IMG/VR virus record: IMGVR_UViG_3300047195_000664
Location: 1 to 62,403 of that record
DNA from: a virus
Taxonomy: Duplodnaviria > Caudoviricetes
Direction: 5' to 3' (one strand)
DNA: 62,403 nucleotides
A model generated the notes under the pieces. The model had not been told where the DNA came from, ran no database searches, and worked only from the letters and a program-made list of their open reading frames with translations. A program made the translations under genes and the position numbers. Position 1 is the first letter of the stretch, and the number at the start of each line of letters is the position of its first letter. Positions 37,782 to 48,204 of the stretch are shown here, piece by piece.

Positions 37782-37988
37782 ATGGATAAGGAAGGAAAGT
37801 TATATTTGGTCATCTACTATGATGACTTAGAAATGAAGCGCACAAAACATTTGCGGCTAATTGCTCGCGAGGGCACTTTGTTAAAATTCTTTAACGAGCA
37901 GACAGGGCTCGAAGAATGGATTCATGAAAACTCTATAAGGAGAATGCAGGAAATAAAGGAAGATGGTGATAAGGATGGCAGACGATGA
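37782..37988 (+). CDS. Small beta-barrel (Sm/SH3-like) protein
   Basis: GGAGG RBS; beta-rich pattern ending WIHENSIRRM. Confidence 0.55.
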   Translation: MDKEGKLYLVIYYDDLEMKRTKHLRLIAREGTLLKFFNEQTGLEEWIHENSIRRMQEIKEDGDKDGRR

Positions 37989-39288
37989 AAATGAAGATAT
38001 GGGGCCGATGGATAATAATGTGGAGCAAACTGACGACAAAATGTTATTAATGGACAAACTTTGGAAAGTATGGAAAGACTATATTGATTATTATGTAGTA
38101 GAGAACCGTGAATTAAAAACAATTTTGTTTCACACAGTATTAGGTGCAATTTTGCGATATAAAGGATACTCATATATTGAGTCGGCGAAGCAGAAGTCAA
38201 TGCGACAACACATATTTATGGTGCAAGATTCTGGAACGGGCAAAACACAATTAATGACAGCTCTTACAGATTTGATATCGTATTTAGGAATACCTTGTCG
38301 AAGAACAATAAAAGATAATGAGGCGGCACTTACAGGTACGGTTTATCGTGATGTTGGTTCTGGTAAAACAATAAAAAGAAAAGGTGCTTTAGCGGATTTA
38401 TACTCGTTGTGCTGGGATGAAGGGAGTGTATTGCTCAAGTCTTCGGCATACATGGATATTGTAACAGATGTTATGCAAGGTGTTATGGATGAACCGGGTA
38501 TTGTTTCAAAAGGTATGAGGCTGGGGACGGTTGAGTACCCTTCGCCAGCAACAATTATTGCAGGGTCATACATGTTCGATGCTTTCGAAACGACGCTTGT
38601 AACCAAGGGATTCTTACAAAGGATGTTTATTTTCTTTAAGATTTTTAGCGAACGTGAGAAAAGGAACATAAGAATTGGTGTAAATTTGCTCAAGAATGCA
38701 CAAAATGTTGAGAAGATTGAGAGAATCAAAGAAGAATTTCGCAAATTAGTTGATAAAATTCCTATTTTAGTGGACAAAAATATTGTTTTTAATATGGATG
38801 ACGTCAAAAGATTCGACAATGTGTTAGAAGACGTATACAAAAAATACATCGAATATCAATTTGTGGGCGAGAAACAGAAAGTTTTGGAAACTTTTTTTAA
38901 CAGACTACATACAATTATTGATAAAGTAGCGGCACAGCGCGCGATAATTAATGGAAAAACTGAGGTAGAGTTCGAAGACATGGAGTTCGGTTTAGAAATC
39001 AGTAAGTATCACCTAACTTCGCTACTAGAGTTATTCGATTACCTATACTCGGGCAAAATATTGACGTATAAAGATGAGCGCGAACAGATAATCGCGGCAA
39101 AAGTAAAGGCAAATGGTGGGGAAATCTTGCAAGTTGAGCTAATAAATCAGCTTTTAGAGCTGAAAAAGGTAGGAAAATGGGATTTAGGATTCAACAGGAC
39201 ACTGCAGCTCATTAGAAATATGATTTCTGAGCATAAGGTTGCGCAGACGACCAGTGACAAGAAACAGAAGATTATTTTATTGAAGTAG
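37963..39288 (+). CDS. mcm: MCM-like AAA+ ATPase (short N-terminus, C-terminal wHTH)
   Basis: QDSGTGKT, AALTG, LCWDE, QGVMD, GFLQR. Confidence 0.65.
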   Translation: MVIRMADDENEDMGPMDNNVEQTDDKMLLMDKLWKVWKDYIDYYVVENRELKTILFHTVLGAILRYKGYSYIESAKQKSMRQHIFMVQDSGTGKTQLMTALTDLISYLGIPCRRTIKDNEAALTGTVYRDVGSGKTIKRKGALADLYSLCWDEGSVLLKSSAYMDIVTDVMQGVMDEPGIVSKGMRLGTVEYPSPATIIAGSYMFDAFETTLVTKGFLQRMFIFFKIFSEREKRNIRIGVNLLKNAQNVEKIERIKEEFRKLVDKIPILVDKNIVFNMDDVKRFDNVLEDVYKKYIEYQFVGEKQKVLETFFNRLHTIIDKVAAQRAIINGKTEVEFEDMEFGLEISKYHLTSLLELFDYLYSGKILTYKDEREQIIAAKVKANGGEILQVELINQLLELKKVGKWDLGFNRTLQLIRNMISEHKVAQTTSDKKQKIILLK

Positions 39289-39292
39289 TTCT

Positions 39293-39345
39293 TCTAAAAT
39301 ATATCTTAGAAACGAACAATATATATAAAGTTGGCACGGTAATAA
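39293..39345 (+). promoter_or_regulatory. Late promoter: operator TCTAA-AATATATC-TTAGA, 11 bp, TATATAAA
   Basis: Repeated architecture; upstream of the packaging genes. Confidence 0.75.
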
Positions 39346-39354
39346 TATTAACAT

Positions 39355-39936
39355 ATGTTGCCTGAAATAGAAAAGAAATTAGAATGGGACTATAATGTTC
39401 CACGTTGCTATGCTTTTAAGATAAAAGAGGACGAAAATTGTTCTATTTGTCGAAATGCTATCGTTTCAAAATGGTTATCTCCTTTTCTCATATCAGATAT
39501 ACCATACGATAAGATAATTTCCATTTTGAAAAATGAGTTTAATTTTGATGTCACTGAAAATATTCTCACAGACCATAAAAACCACATTGAAGCTACTTAC
39601 ACAGGGGATGATGCAATAAAGAAAAAAGCAATGGAGGATATTGCTACAATCGAAGCTGATTTGGTCGGCAAAACGAACGAAGAGATGGTTATTGAGTCGG
39701 CGATTCGTTCTCTTTATGCCAGGAAATTATTTTATGAAAAAACAGGTACGTATGATAGAGAGTATCGTGAGATTTTAGCGGAACTTAATAAATGGGTAAC
39801 TTTAAAGGCTAAAATGAAAGATAAGATTGTTGACCAAACAGTGCGCGTGTCGCTCAGTGACATTATAAATTTAAATATTGGTGGTAAAAATGAGCGACCA
39901 AATGACGACACTACAGGAACTAAAAGCAGCAATTAA
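39355..39936 (+). CDS. Putative terminase small subunit
   Basis: CSIC...HKNH plus helical region, immediately upstream of terL. Confidence 0.55.
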   Translation: MLPEIEKKLEWDYNVPRCYAFKIKEDENCSICRNAIVSKWLSPFLISDIPYDKIISILKNEFNFDVTENILTDHKNHIEATYTGDDAIKKKAMEDIATIEADLVGKTNEEMVIESAIRSLYARKLFYEKTGTYDREYREILAELNKWVTLKAKMKDKIVDQTVRVSLSDIINLNIGGKNERPNDDTTGTKSSN

Positions 39937-41464
39937 CAACGATGTTGTTAAAGCTGTCGAAGCTATTTTTCGTGTGCGTGATACCACAGGTAAACTTCAT
40001 GATTATAAAATGGTTGAACCTCACCAAAAATTAATAAGAACTGGATTATTGGGAGACAACACAAAACGTTCTCGTATAATTAATAAGGGGAGACAAGGAG
40101 GATTTACTACTTTTGTTGCAGTAGAGGACCTTGTGATTGCTCAATTAATGCCATATACTTGGCAATATTATATAGCTACAAAAGAAGACCAAGCAAAAAA
40201 ATGGTTAGAGAGAGTTGAAAGGTTGGCGAAAGATTCGAGAGTTTGGTTTGATGGTTCGAGAATAATCGACATAGATGAAACTCATTCTTCACAATTAGAA
40301 AAGGTTATAAAACATTTTCCAAAAGAAATGGGAAAGGAGATGGAGAACTCGTATATTTGTGGTTTGGCTGCAAGTCCTGGTGGTATTCGTGGTGAGTCTG
40401 CTATTAATATTACTATCGATGAAATTGCTCATATGATACAGCGAGTTAATCAGCAACGAGAAGTTTTTGATGCTATCACTTCGTTTATTGCGTCGGGTGG
40501 ACAAATGACTGCGCAGTCTACTCCTTTAGTTACTACTGATTTGTTTTGGGATATGTATACTAGTGCCGAGCAAAAGTTGTTGTCTCCTTTTTATTTCCCC
40601 AATATTGAAAATTGGCGAGATTTAGATTTGCATAGGGATTTGAGAGAGCAAACTTTAGTAATACCTTATCCTTGGTTAGATGTTTTTGAATTAGAAAAGA
40701 AAAGAAGGGATGACTTAGACCACTTTAAACAAGAATGTCTTGGCATTCCGGCGGATGTTATATATAGATTTATTCCACCAGAACTTTTAAGTCCAAGAAT
40801 AATAAGTGTAAAGAAGTTTAAAGATGATATGTGTGGTTACTTTAAGATATCAATTGACCCAGCGCAAATGCGAGATATTAGTGCGGTTACTGTAGGAGAG
40901 ATGATAGAAGATGTTTGGTGGGAAAGGTGGGTTGGTGAACTTACTGGTTCATACCCAGAACAAAAAAGACAGCTCGAGGAGTATTGTTTGCGTTATAGAC
41001 CCATTGAAATGATAATAGATAACACGGGACCTGGAATTGGTTTGGCTGATATTATTGAAGACGACTCACTAATGCCTTCTTTGAGAAGAATAAACTTTCA
41101 GTCTTATGTCGAGTTAAAGTCTAAAAAGATGAGAATAACAGAATATATGGCATTAGAGTTTAAAAAAATGCTAATAAACGAAAAGTACAATTTAATACCA
41201 CACTCTTTAGCAGAGAATCATTGTCTAAGAATAGAAAAAATTGCGACTGAAGCAGGAGCAACAAGATATACTGGCAAGCGTGGAGGTAAAAGAGACGACT
41301 ATTTTTGGTCAAAAGCTATGCTAGCAGTTTCTCTTGAAAACATTCATGGAAAAATACATGGTACTTTTGTACCAGCTTTTGCTGAGAAAGGAAGAACAGA
41401 AATGTTTCCACAATTTTCTGAAACAGGTAGAGATAGTGGAAGCGGACATGTAATAATAGGATAG
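39878..41464 (+). CDS. terL: Terminase large subunit
   Basis: NKGRQGGFTT, ITIDE, STP, SIDPA...D, IIDNTGPG, DDYFWS. Confidence 0.93.
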   Translation: MVVKMSDQMTTLQELKAAINNDVVKAVEAIFRVRDTTGKLHDYKMVEPHQKLIRTGLLGDNTKRSRIINKGRQGGFTTFVAVEDLVIAQLMPYTWQYYIATKEDQAKKWLERVERLAKDSRVWFDGSRIIDIDETHSSQLEKVIKHFPKEMGKEMENSYICGLAASPGGIRGESAINITIDEIAHMIQRVNQQREVFDAITSFIASGGQMTAQSTPLVTTDLFWDMYTSAEQKLLSPFYFPNIENWRDLDLHRDLREQTLVIPYPWLDVFELEKKRRDDLDHFKQECLGIPADVIYRFIPPELLSPRIISVKKFKDDMCGYFKISIDPAQMRDISAVTVGEMIEDVWWERWVGELTGSYPEQKRQLEEYCLRYRPIEMIIDNTGPGIGLADIIEDDSLMPSLRRINFQSYVELKSKKMRITEYMALEFKKMLINEKYNLIPHSLAENHCLRIEKIATEAGATRYTGKRGGKRDDYFWSKAMLAVSLENIHGKIHGTFVPAFAEKGRTEMFPQFSETGRDSGSGHVIIG

Positions 41465-41474
41465 GTGATAAAAA

Positions 41475-43004
41475 ATGGTAGATGAAGTAAAAGGAGAAGA
41501 AAATAAGGTTCCTGAGATAATTCAGGGGGCAGAAGATTTAATAACAAAAAGCTACTTTATGGCTCAAGCGTTAACTTCTTTAGAGAATGTGAAGAGTCCT
41601 ACGGGAACCGCTCCTTCTGAAGATGCGGCGACTACGGGGTTATATACTGGTGATGATAGAAGCGTAAGAGTTACTATAACAAGAGATGATGCTGGTTGTA
41701 AATGGGCTTATGAAAATGATATTTCTGTTTATACAGCAATCCAAAAAATTGCTGAATTGAATAGAGGATTTGATATTCTTGTAAATGATAAGATTAAGCT
41801 TGCAGATACAAAAAGAGAAAAAGCTGTGCAACTAATACAAAAAAGAACGGAATATCTTCCAAATATTGTAAAGTCTATTGTAACGAACAAAATGTTACAT
41901 GCTTGGGCTCCGGAAAAAAAGGTTATTGATAAAGGTGATATTGTTGGTTTAGTAACATTAGACCCAGAAGAATGTAAACCAATTAGAGATTTGACAACTG
42001 GTGAATTGGGTGGAAAAATTGGAAGAGGTTTAGACCCTGAAAATGAAAATAAGGAAGTGGCACTAATACAATATGGTAATATTCCCCAATATTCAAATAC
42101 AGGTACTGTAAATTATAATCCGAAGTATTTTTACTTTTCTCGTGAGGAAATAATACCATTTAATATAGATGACAGAGGTAAGTTTATTGGAACATCTCCT
42201 GTAAAAAGAGTTCTTCGTTTAGTTGAGATAAAATTAACGTTACAGAATATAGTTGAAATGATAATTAGAAGGTTTGGTCCGCAGATATACTTTATGGTAG
42301 GTAATGAAAACTATAATTTGTCCACAACAGAGTTACCTGCATCATATTTAAGAACCTCTGCAGGAGCACCAATTGATAGAGCAACAGCGAGAGCAAAGTT
42401 TAAAACAGATATGTTTACTAAAATTGATACTGCAATTAAAGAGTGGGTTGAGGGTAAAACATTAGCACTATTATTAGAGTATGGTGTATCAGTAAACACA
42501 TTAAATCCATCAGCAAATTTACCAAATTATGGCAACTATATCAATCTACTATCCAATTATATAAAGAATGGAATATTAGGTGTATTTGTAACAGGTCGTG
42601 TTGATATAACTTCAGCGGCAATGCAAGAGATGACAAGCAGAGAACTAAAGGATGCAGCTGAGATAGAATATAATTCTATTGCTGTAAGGCTTAATGACGA
42701 GTTTATTAATCCAATACTTGTAGCAAATGGATATCCAGCAGATTGTGTCTATTTACAACCAAAAGATATAGACAAGACAGATGAATTTGATGATGCAAGA
42801 ATTGAAGAAATGAAAGCAAGAGCAGTATTACATTACGCACAAGCAAGAGTTATTCCGCCAGAGTATTTGCAGAAAAGGTGGGATTTAGACATAAAAGAAG
42901 AAGATAAAGGAGGTGAAATACCTCCTACACCACCAGGAGCACCTCCGGAAGCACCTCCGGAAGCACCTCCTGAAAATACACAGAATCCACCAAACGAGGA
43001 ATAA
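41475..43004 (+). CDS. Portal protein
   Basis: Follows terL; GTSPV motif; Pro-rich PPEA tail. Confidence 0.8.
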   Translation: MVDEVKGEENKVPEIIQGAEDLITKSYFMAQALTSLENVKSPTGTAPSEDAATTGLYTGDDRSVRVTITRDDAGCKWAYENDISVYTAIQKIAELNRGFDILVNDKIKLADTKREKAVQLIQKRTEYLPNIVKSIVTNKMLHAWAPEKKVIDKGDIVGLVTLDPEECKPIRDLTTGELGGKIGRGLDPENENKEVALIQYGNIPQYSNTGTVNYNPKYFYFSREEIIPFNIDDRGKFIGTSPVKRVLRLVEIKLTLQNIVEMIIRRFGPQIYFMVGNENYNLSTTELPASYLRTSAGAPIDRATARAKFKTDMFTKIDTAIKEWVEGKTLALLLEYGVSVNTLNPSANLPNYGNYINLLSNYIKNGILGVFVTGRVDITSAAMQEMTSRELKDAAEIEYNSIAVRLNDEFINPILVANGYPADCVYLQPKDIDKTDEFDDARIEEMKARAVLHYAQARVIPPEYLQKRWDLDIKEEDKGGEIPPTPPGAPPEAPPEAPPENTQNPPNEE

Positions 43005-43007
43005 ATA

Positions 43008-43457
43008 ATGATAAAATTTAAATCGGATTTCACACAAGGTAAACGGTTAGCATATAATGCTAGAGAACTTGTTACAAAAAAACGAGCTAAAGGAGTAGAA
43101 GCAGTACAAATATATACTCATACTTTTATTTTTAATGCAAAAGAATTTTGCCCAAAAAGAACAGGACGGTTAGCTAATAGTATTGGAAATCCAGCAGCAG
43201 AAGGTATTCTTGAACTTAGTCCAGGAGGATTGTCTGTAACTATTGGAACAAGTGTACCTTATGCACAACCAGTAGAAACTGGAGTTGGTTCATATATTAT
43301 TAGGGCCAAATATAAGAGGTTAAAATTTAGAGATACGAGTGGAAAATATGTTTATCCACAACAAGTTATACACCCCGCAAAAGAAGGGAAGTGGTATATG
43401 TTAAGAGCACACATAGAAGCAGAAAAAGCAGTAAATGTTTTTATGTCAGTATCGTAG
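43008..43457 (+). CDS. HK97 gp10-like head/tail completion protein
   Basis: CPKRTGRLANSI...GTSVPYAQPVETG...VIHP. Confidence 0.75.
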   Translation: MIKFKSDFTQGKRLAYNARELVTKKRAKGVEAVQIYTHTFIFNAKEFCPKRTGRLANSIGNPAAEGILELSPGGLSVTIGTSVPYAQPVETGVGSYIIRAKYKRLKFRDTSGKYVYPQQVIHPAKEGKWYMLRAHIEAEKAVNVFMSVS

Positions 43458-43723
43458 GTGAAAAAATGCTAATAGGATTCAGCCGAAACATATTCATAAT
43501 AACTAAAGTTAAGAAGGATAGTAATGGGTGTCCAACTATTACGTTGCCCCGCAAATATTCTAAAGAAATGGATTTGAGTAAAACGTATTTTATAACAATA
43601 AACGAAGTGGAAAACATTGATACTTCTCGTGGAAAAATTGTTGGTGAAATGCCCAATGTTTCGAAGAAAAGTAATGGTATTCGTCAAGAAGAAATATTAG
43701 AAGAATCTCAAGAAAGCGAGTAA
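43391..43723 (+). CDS. AbrB-like small DNA-binding protein (start likely near 43466)
   Basis: TITLPRKYSKEMDL. Confidence 0.45.
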   Translation: MVYVKSTHRSRKSSKCFYVSIVGEKMLIGFSRNIFIITKVKKDSNGCPTITLPRKYSKEMDLSKTYFITINEVENIDTSRGKIVGEMPNVSKKSNGIRQEEILEESQESE

Positions 43724-43873
43724 ATTTGCTTCTAAAAATTAAATTTAAATTCTAATTTCTACCTGTTACACTAATTTCCCTTAAATTACCCGTGAAATAA
43801 TATTATAAGTATATATATGTTTGAAGTGGATAAAGAATGTAGATTGATTTAACTTTGCTAAACATAGGTTGAG

Positions 43874-45166
43874 GTGAGCGTTGTGCCAATGCATCCGGAT
43901 TTTCAAAAGGTATATAATAACTTTATAAAACAATATGGTCCTAGTAAGGGAAAAAATGTTTATTATAGTTGGCTGAACAAAAACAAACTAGATGATAAAA
44001 AACCAATGCCAAAGGGATTTAGTCCAAAAAGTGAAAAAGAAATTTATGCTGAGGTTATTGGTGGTTCTGTTTCTTTCTATACAACGCCAAGTATACAGAT
44101 ACTTGAAGCCGAAGGCAAAAAATTTGTTAGGCTATCAGGGATATTAATGAATACAAAATATAATGCAAACAGTTGGCGTGTTGGTTCTAGTGAATTACAA
44201 AATGTCGCGAATACAGTGAGTGGTACAGCAATAAAAATACAACACTCATATAGTGATTGGGAAATAGTTGGTACAGGTAAAAGTGGGATAGTAGAAGGTT
44301 CTGAAGTAAAATACTCTTTAGATATTACCGACCCAAAGGCAGTAGAAAAATTCGAAACAAAAACATGGAATTCAGAGAATATGGGTGTAAGTCCTAGTTT
44401 AGATTTTCAGTCTGTAACTTGCACCATTTGTGATGAAACAATCATGAAAGGAGAGGAACACAAACATATGATGGGTGCAACATATAAAGACAAGTTGTGC
44501 CAGTATGATGTGCATGGTGTTAGTACAAAAGAAATATCTCTTACGTCAAATCCTGCATATGCTCCGGCTGGTGCAGGAACAATAGATAATATTACTCCAT
44601 TTTTTGCTTCATTAAGCAAAATATTAAATGATGGGGTGAGAGCAGAAAAGGGTGATTCAATGGAAGAAGATATGGTGAATAAGCTCCTTGCAGAAAAAGA
44701 GGAGAAGATATCAACCCTGACCGCCCAAACAGAGGAAAGCAAAAAATCAATAGAAGCCTCTAAAAAAGAGGTCGAAGCATTGAAAGCAGAAACAGATTCT
44801 GTCAAGAAAGAACTTGATGCTTCTAAAAAAGAAGCAGAAAGTGTGAAGGCAGAATTTATAAAGGTCAAGGCTGAACTTGACGACTACGTTACTAAAGAGA
44901 GAACAGCTGAACTTGAAAAGAGGGTAACTGACAAAGAAATAATCGCAGAAATAGTTGGTAAGAAGTTATCCAAAGAAGAGTTCGGTGCTGAAATAAAGAA
45001 AATAGATAAATTAATATTAAGCACAAAGAGTAACGTGGGTGCTGGTAGTGCTCCTATAGACCCAAGTGCTTCTAAGAAAACGCCTGACCAAGAGTTTGAG
45101 GCTGAGTGGGGTATGAAAGAAATCGACCTACTTAAAGATGTAGTAGGCGGAGGTAGAGGTGATTAA
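43874..45166 (+). CDS. Prohead protease fused to coiled-coil scaffold
   Basis: IQH, VSPS, EISLTSNPAY; C-terminal heptads; precedes capsid genes. Confidence 0.8.
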   Translation: MSVVPMHPDFQKVYNNFIKQYGPSKGKNVYYSWLNKNKLDDKKPMPKGFSPKSEKEIYAEVIGGSVSFYTTPSIQILEAEGKKFVRLSGILMNTKYNANSWRVGSSELQNVANTVSGTAIKIQHSYSDWEIVGTGKSGIVEGSEVKYSLDITDPKAVEKFETKTWNSENMGVSPSLDFQSVTCTICDETIMKGEEHKHMMGATYKDKLCQYDVHGVSTKEISLTSNPAYAPAGAGTIDNITPFFASLSKILNDGVRAEKGDSMEEDMVNKLLAEKEEKISTLTAQTEESKKSIEASKKEVEALKAETDSVKKELDASKKEAESVKAEFIKVKAELDDYVTKERTAELEKRVTDKEIIAEIVGKKLSKEEFGAEIKKIDKLILSTKSNVGAGSAPIDPSASKKTPDQEFEAEWGMKEIDLLKDVVGGGRGD

Positions 45167-45617
45167 TATGACAGCACTAGATGGTAAAACACCAAGAAAT
45201 ATGCCTGCGACAGCAGCAAAGTCAGACTTTGACCAGGAAGGGCTAATACTTATGAAAAATTCGAGTGCAAATTCCCTGGAACTAGCAGCGGCAGTTACAG
45301 ATTCGCCTGTAGCAATTTTAGACCAAGCAGTTGTTGACGCAACTGGTACTGTTAGAGCAACAAGGACTGGTGAAAAAGTAGGTGTTTTCTTGTTAGGTTG
45401 TGGTGCAATAGTTAACGTCGCATGTATGACAGGGAAAACATTTACAATTGGGCAAGCTGTTTACGTAGGGCAAACAGCAGACGACGACGGTCACGCAAGT
45501 GATAGCAGTGCTAACTCAGCAAAGAAAATTGGACATTATGCTGGTGACGGCGTAGTAACAAGCTCAACAGGACAACTAATACCAGTAATACTGGACATTC
45601 CAGTATTGTCGGCTTAA
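45159..45617 (+). CDS. Capsid decoration/cement protein
   Basis: Position between scaffold and MCP; TIGQAVY...DG motif. Confidence 0.6.
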   Translation: MINMTALDGKTPRNMPATAAKSDFDQEGLILMKNSSANSLELAAAVTDSPVAILDQAVVDATGTVRATRTGEKVGVFLLGCGAIVNVACMTGKTFTIGQAVYVGQTADDDGHASDSSANSAKKIGHYAGDGVVTSSTGQLIPVILDIPVLSA

Positions 45618-45628
45618 GGTGATGAAAA

Positions 45629-46552
45629 ATGGCAACAGGAGAATTTGGAAATGTAGATGTGCCTAAGAAGGCAATACAAGCTCAGGGTATAATATATCAA
45701 GCATCAACAATGATGTCAGTCGCGGCTAAAGCAGGTATTCCGATTATACCAGTAACAGAAATGGATGTAAAGTGGGATATTGTTAAAGGTGTGGTTGGAA
45801 AAGATGATGTAGCTGTTGACGCGTATATTGACCCAAGTAAATTAGAGTACAAACCGATAAGTACTAAACTAAAATGGAGCAACTATACATATATGATTTT
45901 AGAAGGTGCTAAGTTATCGGCTAGAGACCCAAAAAGCTTGTGGAAAGATAGTTTGATGGCAGCGTCTGAGTTCTTTGCGGCAATAAGAGATTATAGAGCA
46001 CTCACTGCTTTAGTAGCAGGTGCAGGAAATTCAGGTGCAGCTACAGATACATGGGATGCAGCAGGCGCAGATGTAGAAGTGGATATTGTAACAGCAATTA
46101 ATAAAATAGCTGAAGAGTCCAATATACAGAGTGGTGAAAAAATATCTGTTGTTATTCCAGCAAAAGTGGGCTTTGAAGTTCAAAAGTTAACTCTCATAAA
46201 CAACATACAGAGAACAATCAAAGATTACTTGGAAAAGAGTTTCCAGTTGGAAATAATACCGTTTAGACCATTTATTGACACAACAGGTACTGCACAGTTT
46301 GATGCTCTGTCAACAAATGCATTAGTGTTTGTTCAGGGGCAGAAGACAGCTATGGGATTAGAGTATTCCTTAGCAGAAGCTACAAGACGTGGTATAATAA
46401 CTGTAGAACATTCTAGAGTACACGGTCGTGGTGACATGTATACTCAGAAGATGTGTACAGGTGCTCTAGTAACGTGGGATGGTATTCAAACATATAGCGA
46501 AACAGTACCATTAACAGCAAGAATCTACAAAATAACGGGCGTAACAAGTTAA
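45629..46552 (+). CDS. Major capsid protein (HK97 fold)
   Basis: Size, position, TWD...DIVTAI motif, ends YKITGV; T-rich terminator follows. Confidence 0.8.
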   Translation: MATGEFGNVDVPKKAIQAQGIIYQASTMMSVAAKAGIPIIPVTEMDVKWDIVKGVVGKDDVAVDAYIDPSKLEYKPISTKLKWSNYTYMILEGAKLSARDPKSLWKDSLMAASEFFAAIRDYRALTALVAGAGNSGAATDTWDAAGADVEVDIVTAINKIAEESNIQSGEKISVVIPAKVGFEVQKLTLINNIQRTIKDYLEKSFQLEIIPFRPFIDTTGTAQFDALSTNALVFVQGQKTAMGLEYSLAEATRRGIITVEHSRVHGRGDMYTQKMCTGALVTWDGIQTYSETVPLTARIYKITGVTS

Positions 46553-46609
46553 ACTATTTTTTGTTTTTTTTCTTTTTTACACACGAATCTTATGATGAGG
46601 TGAAAGGAA

Positions 46610-47170
46610 ATGTATGATATAAAGAAAAGAATAACAACTATAAAAGCACATTTAGGAACTATAACAGGAGAAGAACATGGTGTTGATATAGTGAATACAG
46701 GAACACTATCTTCTGGGGATTCTATTGTTGGATTGAATATAGTTACAACACCAGCAGGAACAGCAGGAACTTGGGCTTCAGGAATATATGCAAAGGTAGT
46801 ACAAGGAACAACTAAGCGTGTAAATGGTTACCTTTCAGTAGCGGAATTGGAACTATCTATAGCCGGAACATATAACCCATCAGATTTGGCTGTATTGGTA
46901 TTGAATTCAACGATAACTAATACAGCTTTAGTAAACTGTACACATAAGGGATACATTTGGCTTAGAGATTATGGTACAGATGGTGGAGCAGCATTAGGGT
47001 CAACGTCAATGCCTAACTTATTTATCTTCATGGACCAAACAATAGGTGCAGACACTGATGGAGCGTCTCTCTTAGCAGCAAACACAATAGCATCGTCAAC
47101 ACATACAATAAGGTTTGTGGTTGGTACTACACCATACTATATAATGTGCGCTAATGTAACACATAACTAG
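46610..47170 (+). CDS. Putative virion structural protein (head fibre-like)
   Basis: Gly/Thr-rich beta composition after MCP. Confidence 0.5.
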   Translation: MYDIKKRITTIKAHLGTITGEEHGVDIVNTGTLSSGDSIVGLNIVTTPAGTAGTWASGIYAKVVQGTTKRVNGYLSVAELELSIAGTYNPSDLAVLVLNSTITNTALVNCTHKGYIWLRDYGTDGGAALGSTSMPNLFIFMDQTIGADTDGASLLAANTIASSTHTIRFVVGTTPYYIMCANVTHN

Positions 47171-47221
47171 GTTTGATGTCTTTTTTCTTTTTTTATTTCT
47201 ACTTAATAAAAGAGGTATATT

Positions 47222-47545
47222 ATGAGGAAAATGGAAACAGTTAATTGGATGGTAAGAAATGTAGAAGGTAAAGAAGAAAAAGAAAATATAGTTAGACTTC
47301 TATTCGTGCTTCTACATAATAAAAGACCTGAAGAAATACCAAGAGGATTAGAAAAATTTAGATTAATGAGTAGAGTTGGCGAAGCATTTGAAAAAGCCGA
47401 CGAAACTAATATTTTGGAGTTAGAAGATGGAGATTATCTATTCTTAAAAGATATGGTAGAAAAAGATATTCCGAGTGTTTGGGCTATGAACTCAAAACTT
47501 GCAACTCAAGTTGAAAAGTTTCTAGCTCTTGAAAAAGAAAAATAG
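47222..47545 (+). CDS. Hypothetical protein (fibre chaperone-like)
   Basis: GAGGT RBS; helical. Confidence 0.5.
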   Translation: MRKMETVNWMVRNVEGKEEKENIVRLLFVLLHNKRPEEIPRGLEKFRLMSRVGEAFEKADETNILELEDGDYLFLKDMVEKDIPSVWAMNSKLATQVEKFLALEKEK

Positions 47546-47554
47546 GGTGATAAT

Positions 47555-47923
47555 ATGGTAGATGTAGATAAACATAAGAAAGTTATAAAGCACACTGTTA
47601 CAGTTATAACAAGTGCAGGAGGTGCTTTTTCACAAACTATAGCAGTTTTTGGTACAATTGAAAAAGTTTGGTTAGACCTCGGAACATTAAGTACACCAGA
47701 TATTGATATTACAGATGCTACAACAGGTGAAACTATACTTAGTTACGATGGTGCTGCAAGTGACACATTAGATTATCCTATGAGAGTCGCTGATGGAACA
47801 GATGGTGCTACATTAACTGTTGATAAAATATATACAAAAATCAGTGCAGATAGAATAACAGTGGCAGTTTCGGGTGGTGGAGATACACTGAGCGGAATAA
47901 TTTATATTTGGGTGAGCAAATGA
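47555..47923 (+). CDS. Putative virion beta-sandwich protein
   Basis: GGTGA RBS; beta-rich. Confidence 0.5.
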   Translation: MVDVDKHKKVIKHTVTVITSAGGAFSQTIAVFGTIEKVWLDLGTLSTPDIDITDATTGETILSYDGAASDTLDYPMRVADGTDGATLTVDKIYTKISADRITVAVSGGGDTLSGIIYIWVSK

Positions 47924-48198
47924 GCTCAAGCAATATTAATTGGTATAAGTTTGTTGGAAACGCGGGTATTGCTTTTTTCACAACTCTTTCAGGAATGTTA
48001 AGTGTTGAGGCTCTTACTGCAACTATATTACCGCTTAACATAACAGTAGCTGTTGCGTTTGTATCTGCAGGCATTCAAGGAGGATTGTCATTTTGTAAAG
48101 AATTATCGACGGTAGAGTCAAAGAAAACTGTTAAGAAGAAGGGGTATGTTAATAATCCACTTAGTCATAGGTTATTAGATATCATAACATTTTGGTGA
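47908..48198 (+). CDS. Small two-TM membrane protein (holin-like)
   Basis: Two hydrophobic segments, basic tail. Confidence 0.45.
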   Translation: MGEQMSSSNINWYKFVGNAGIAFFTTLSGMLSVEALTATILPLNITVAVAFVSAGIQGGLSFCKELSTVESKKTVKKKGYVNNPLSHRLLDIITFW

Positions 48199-48204
48199 GA
48201 GATT

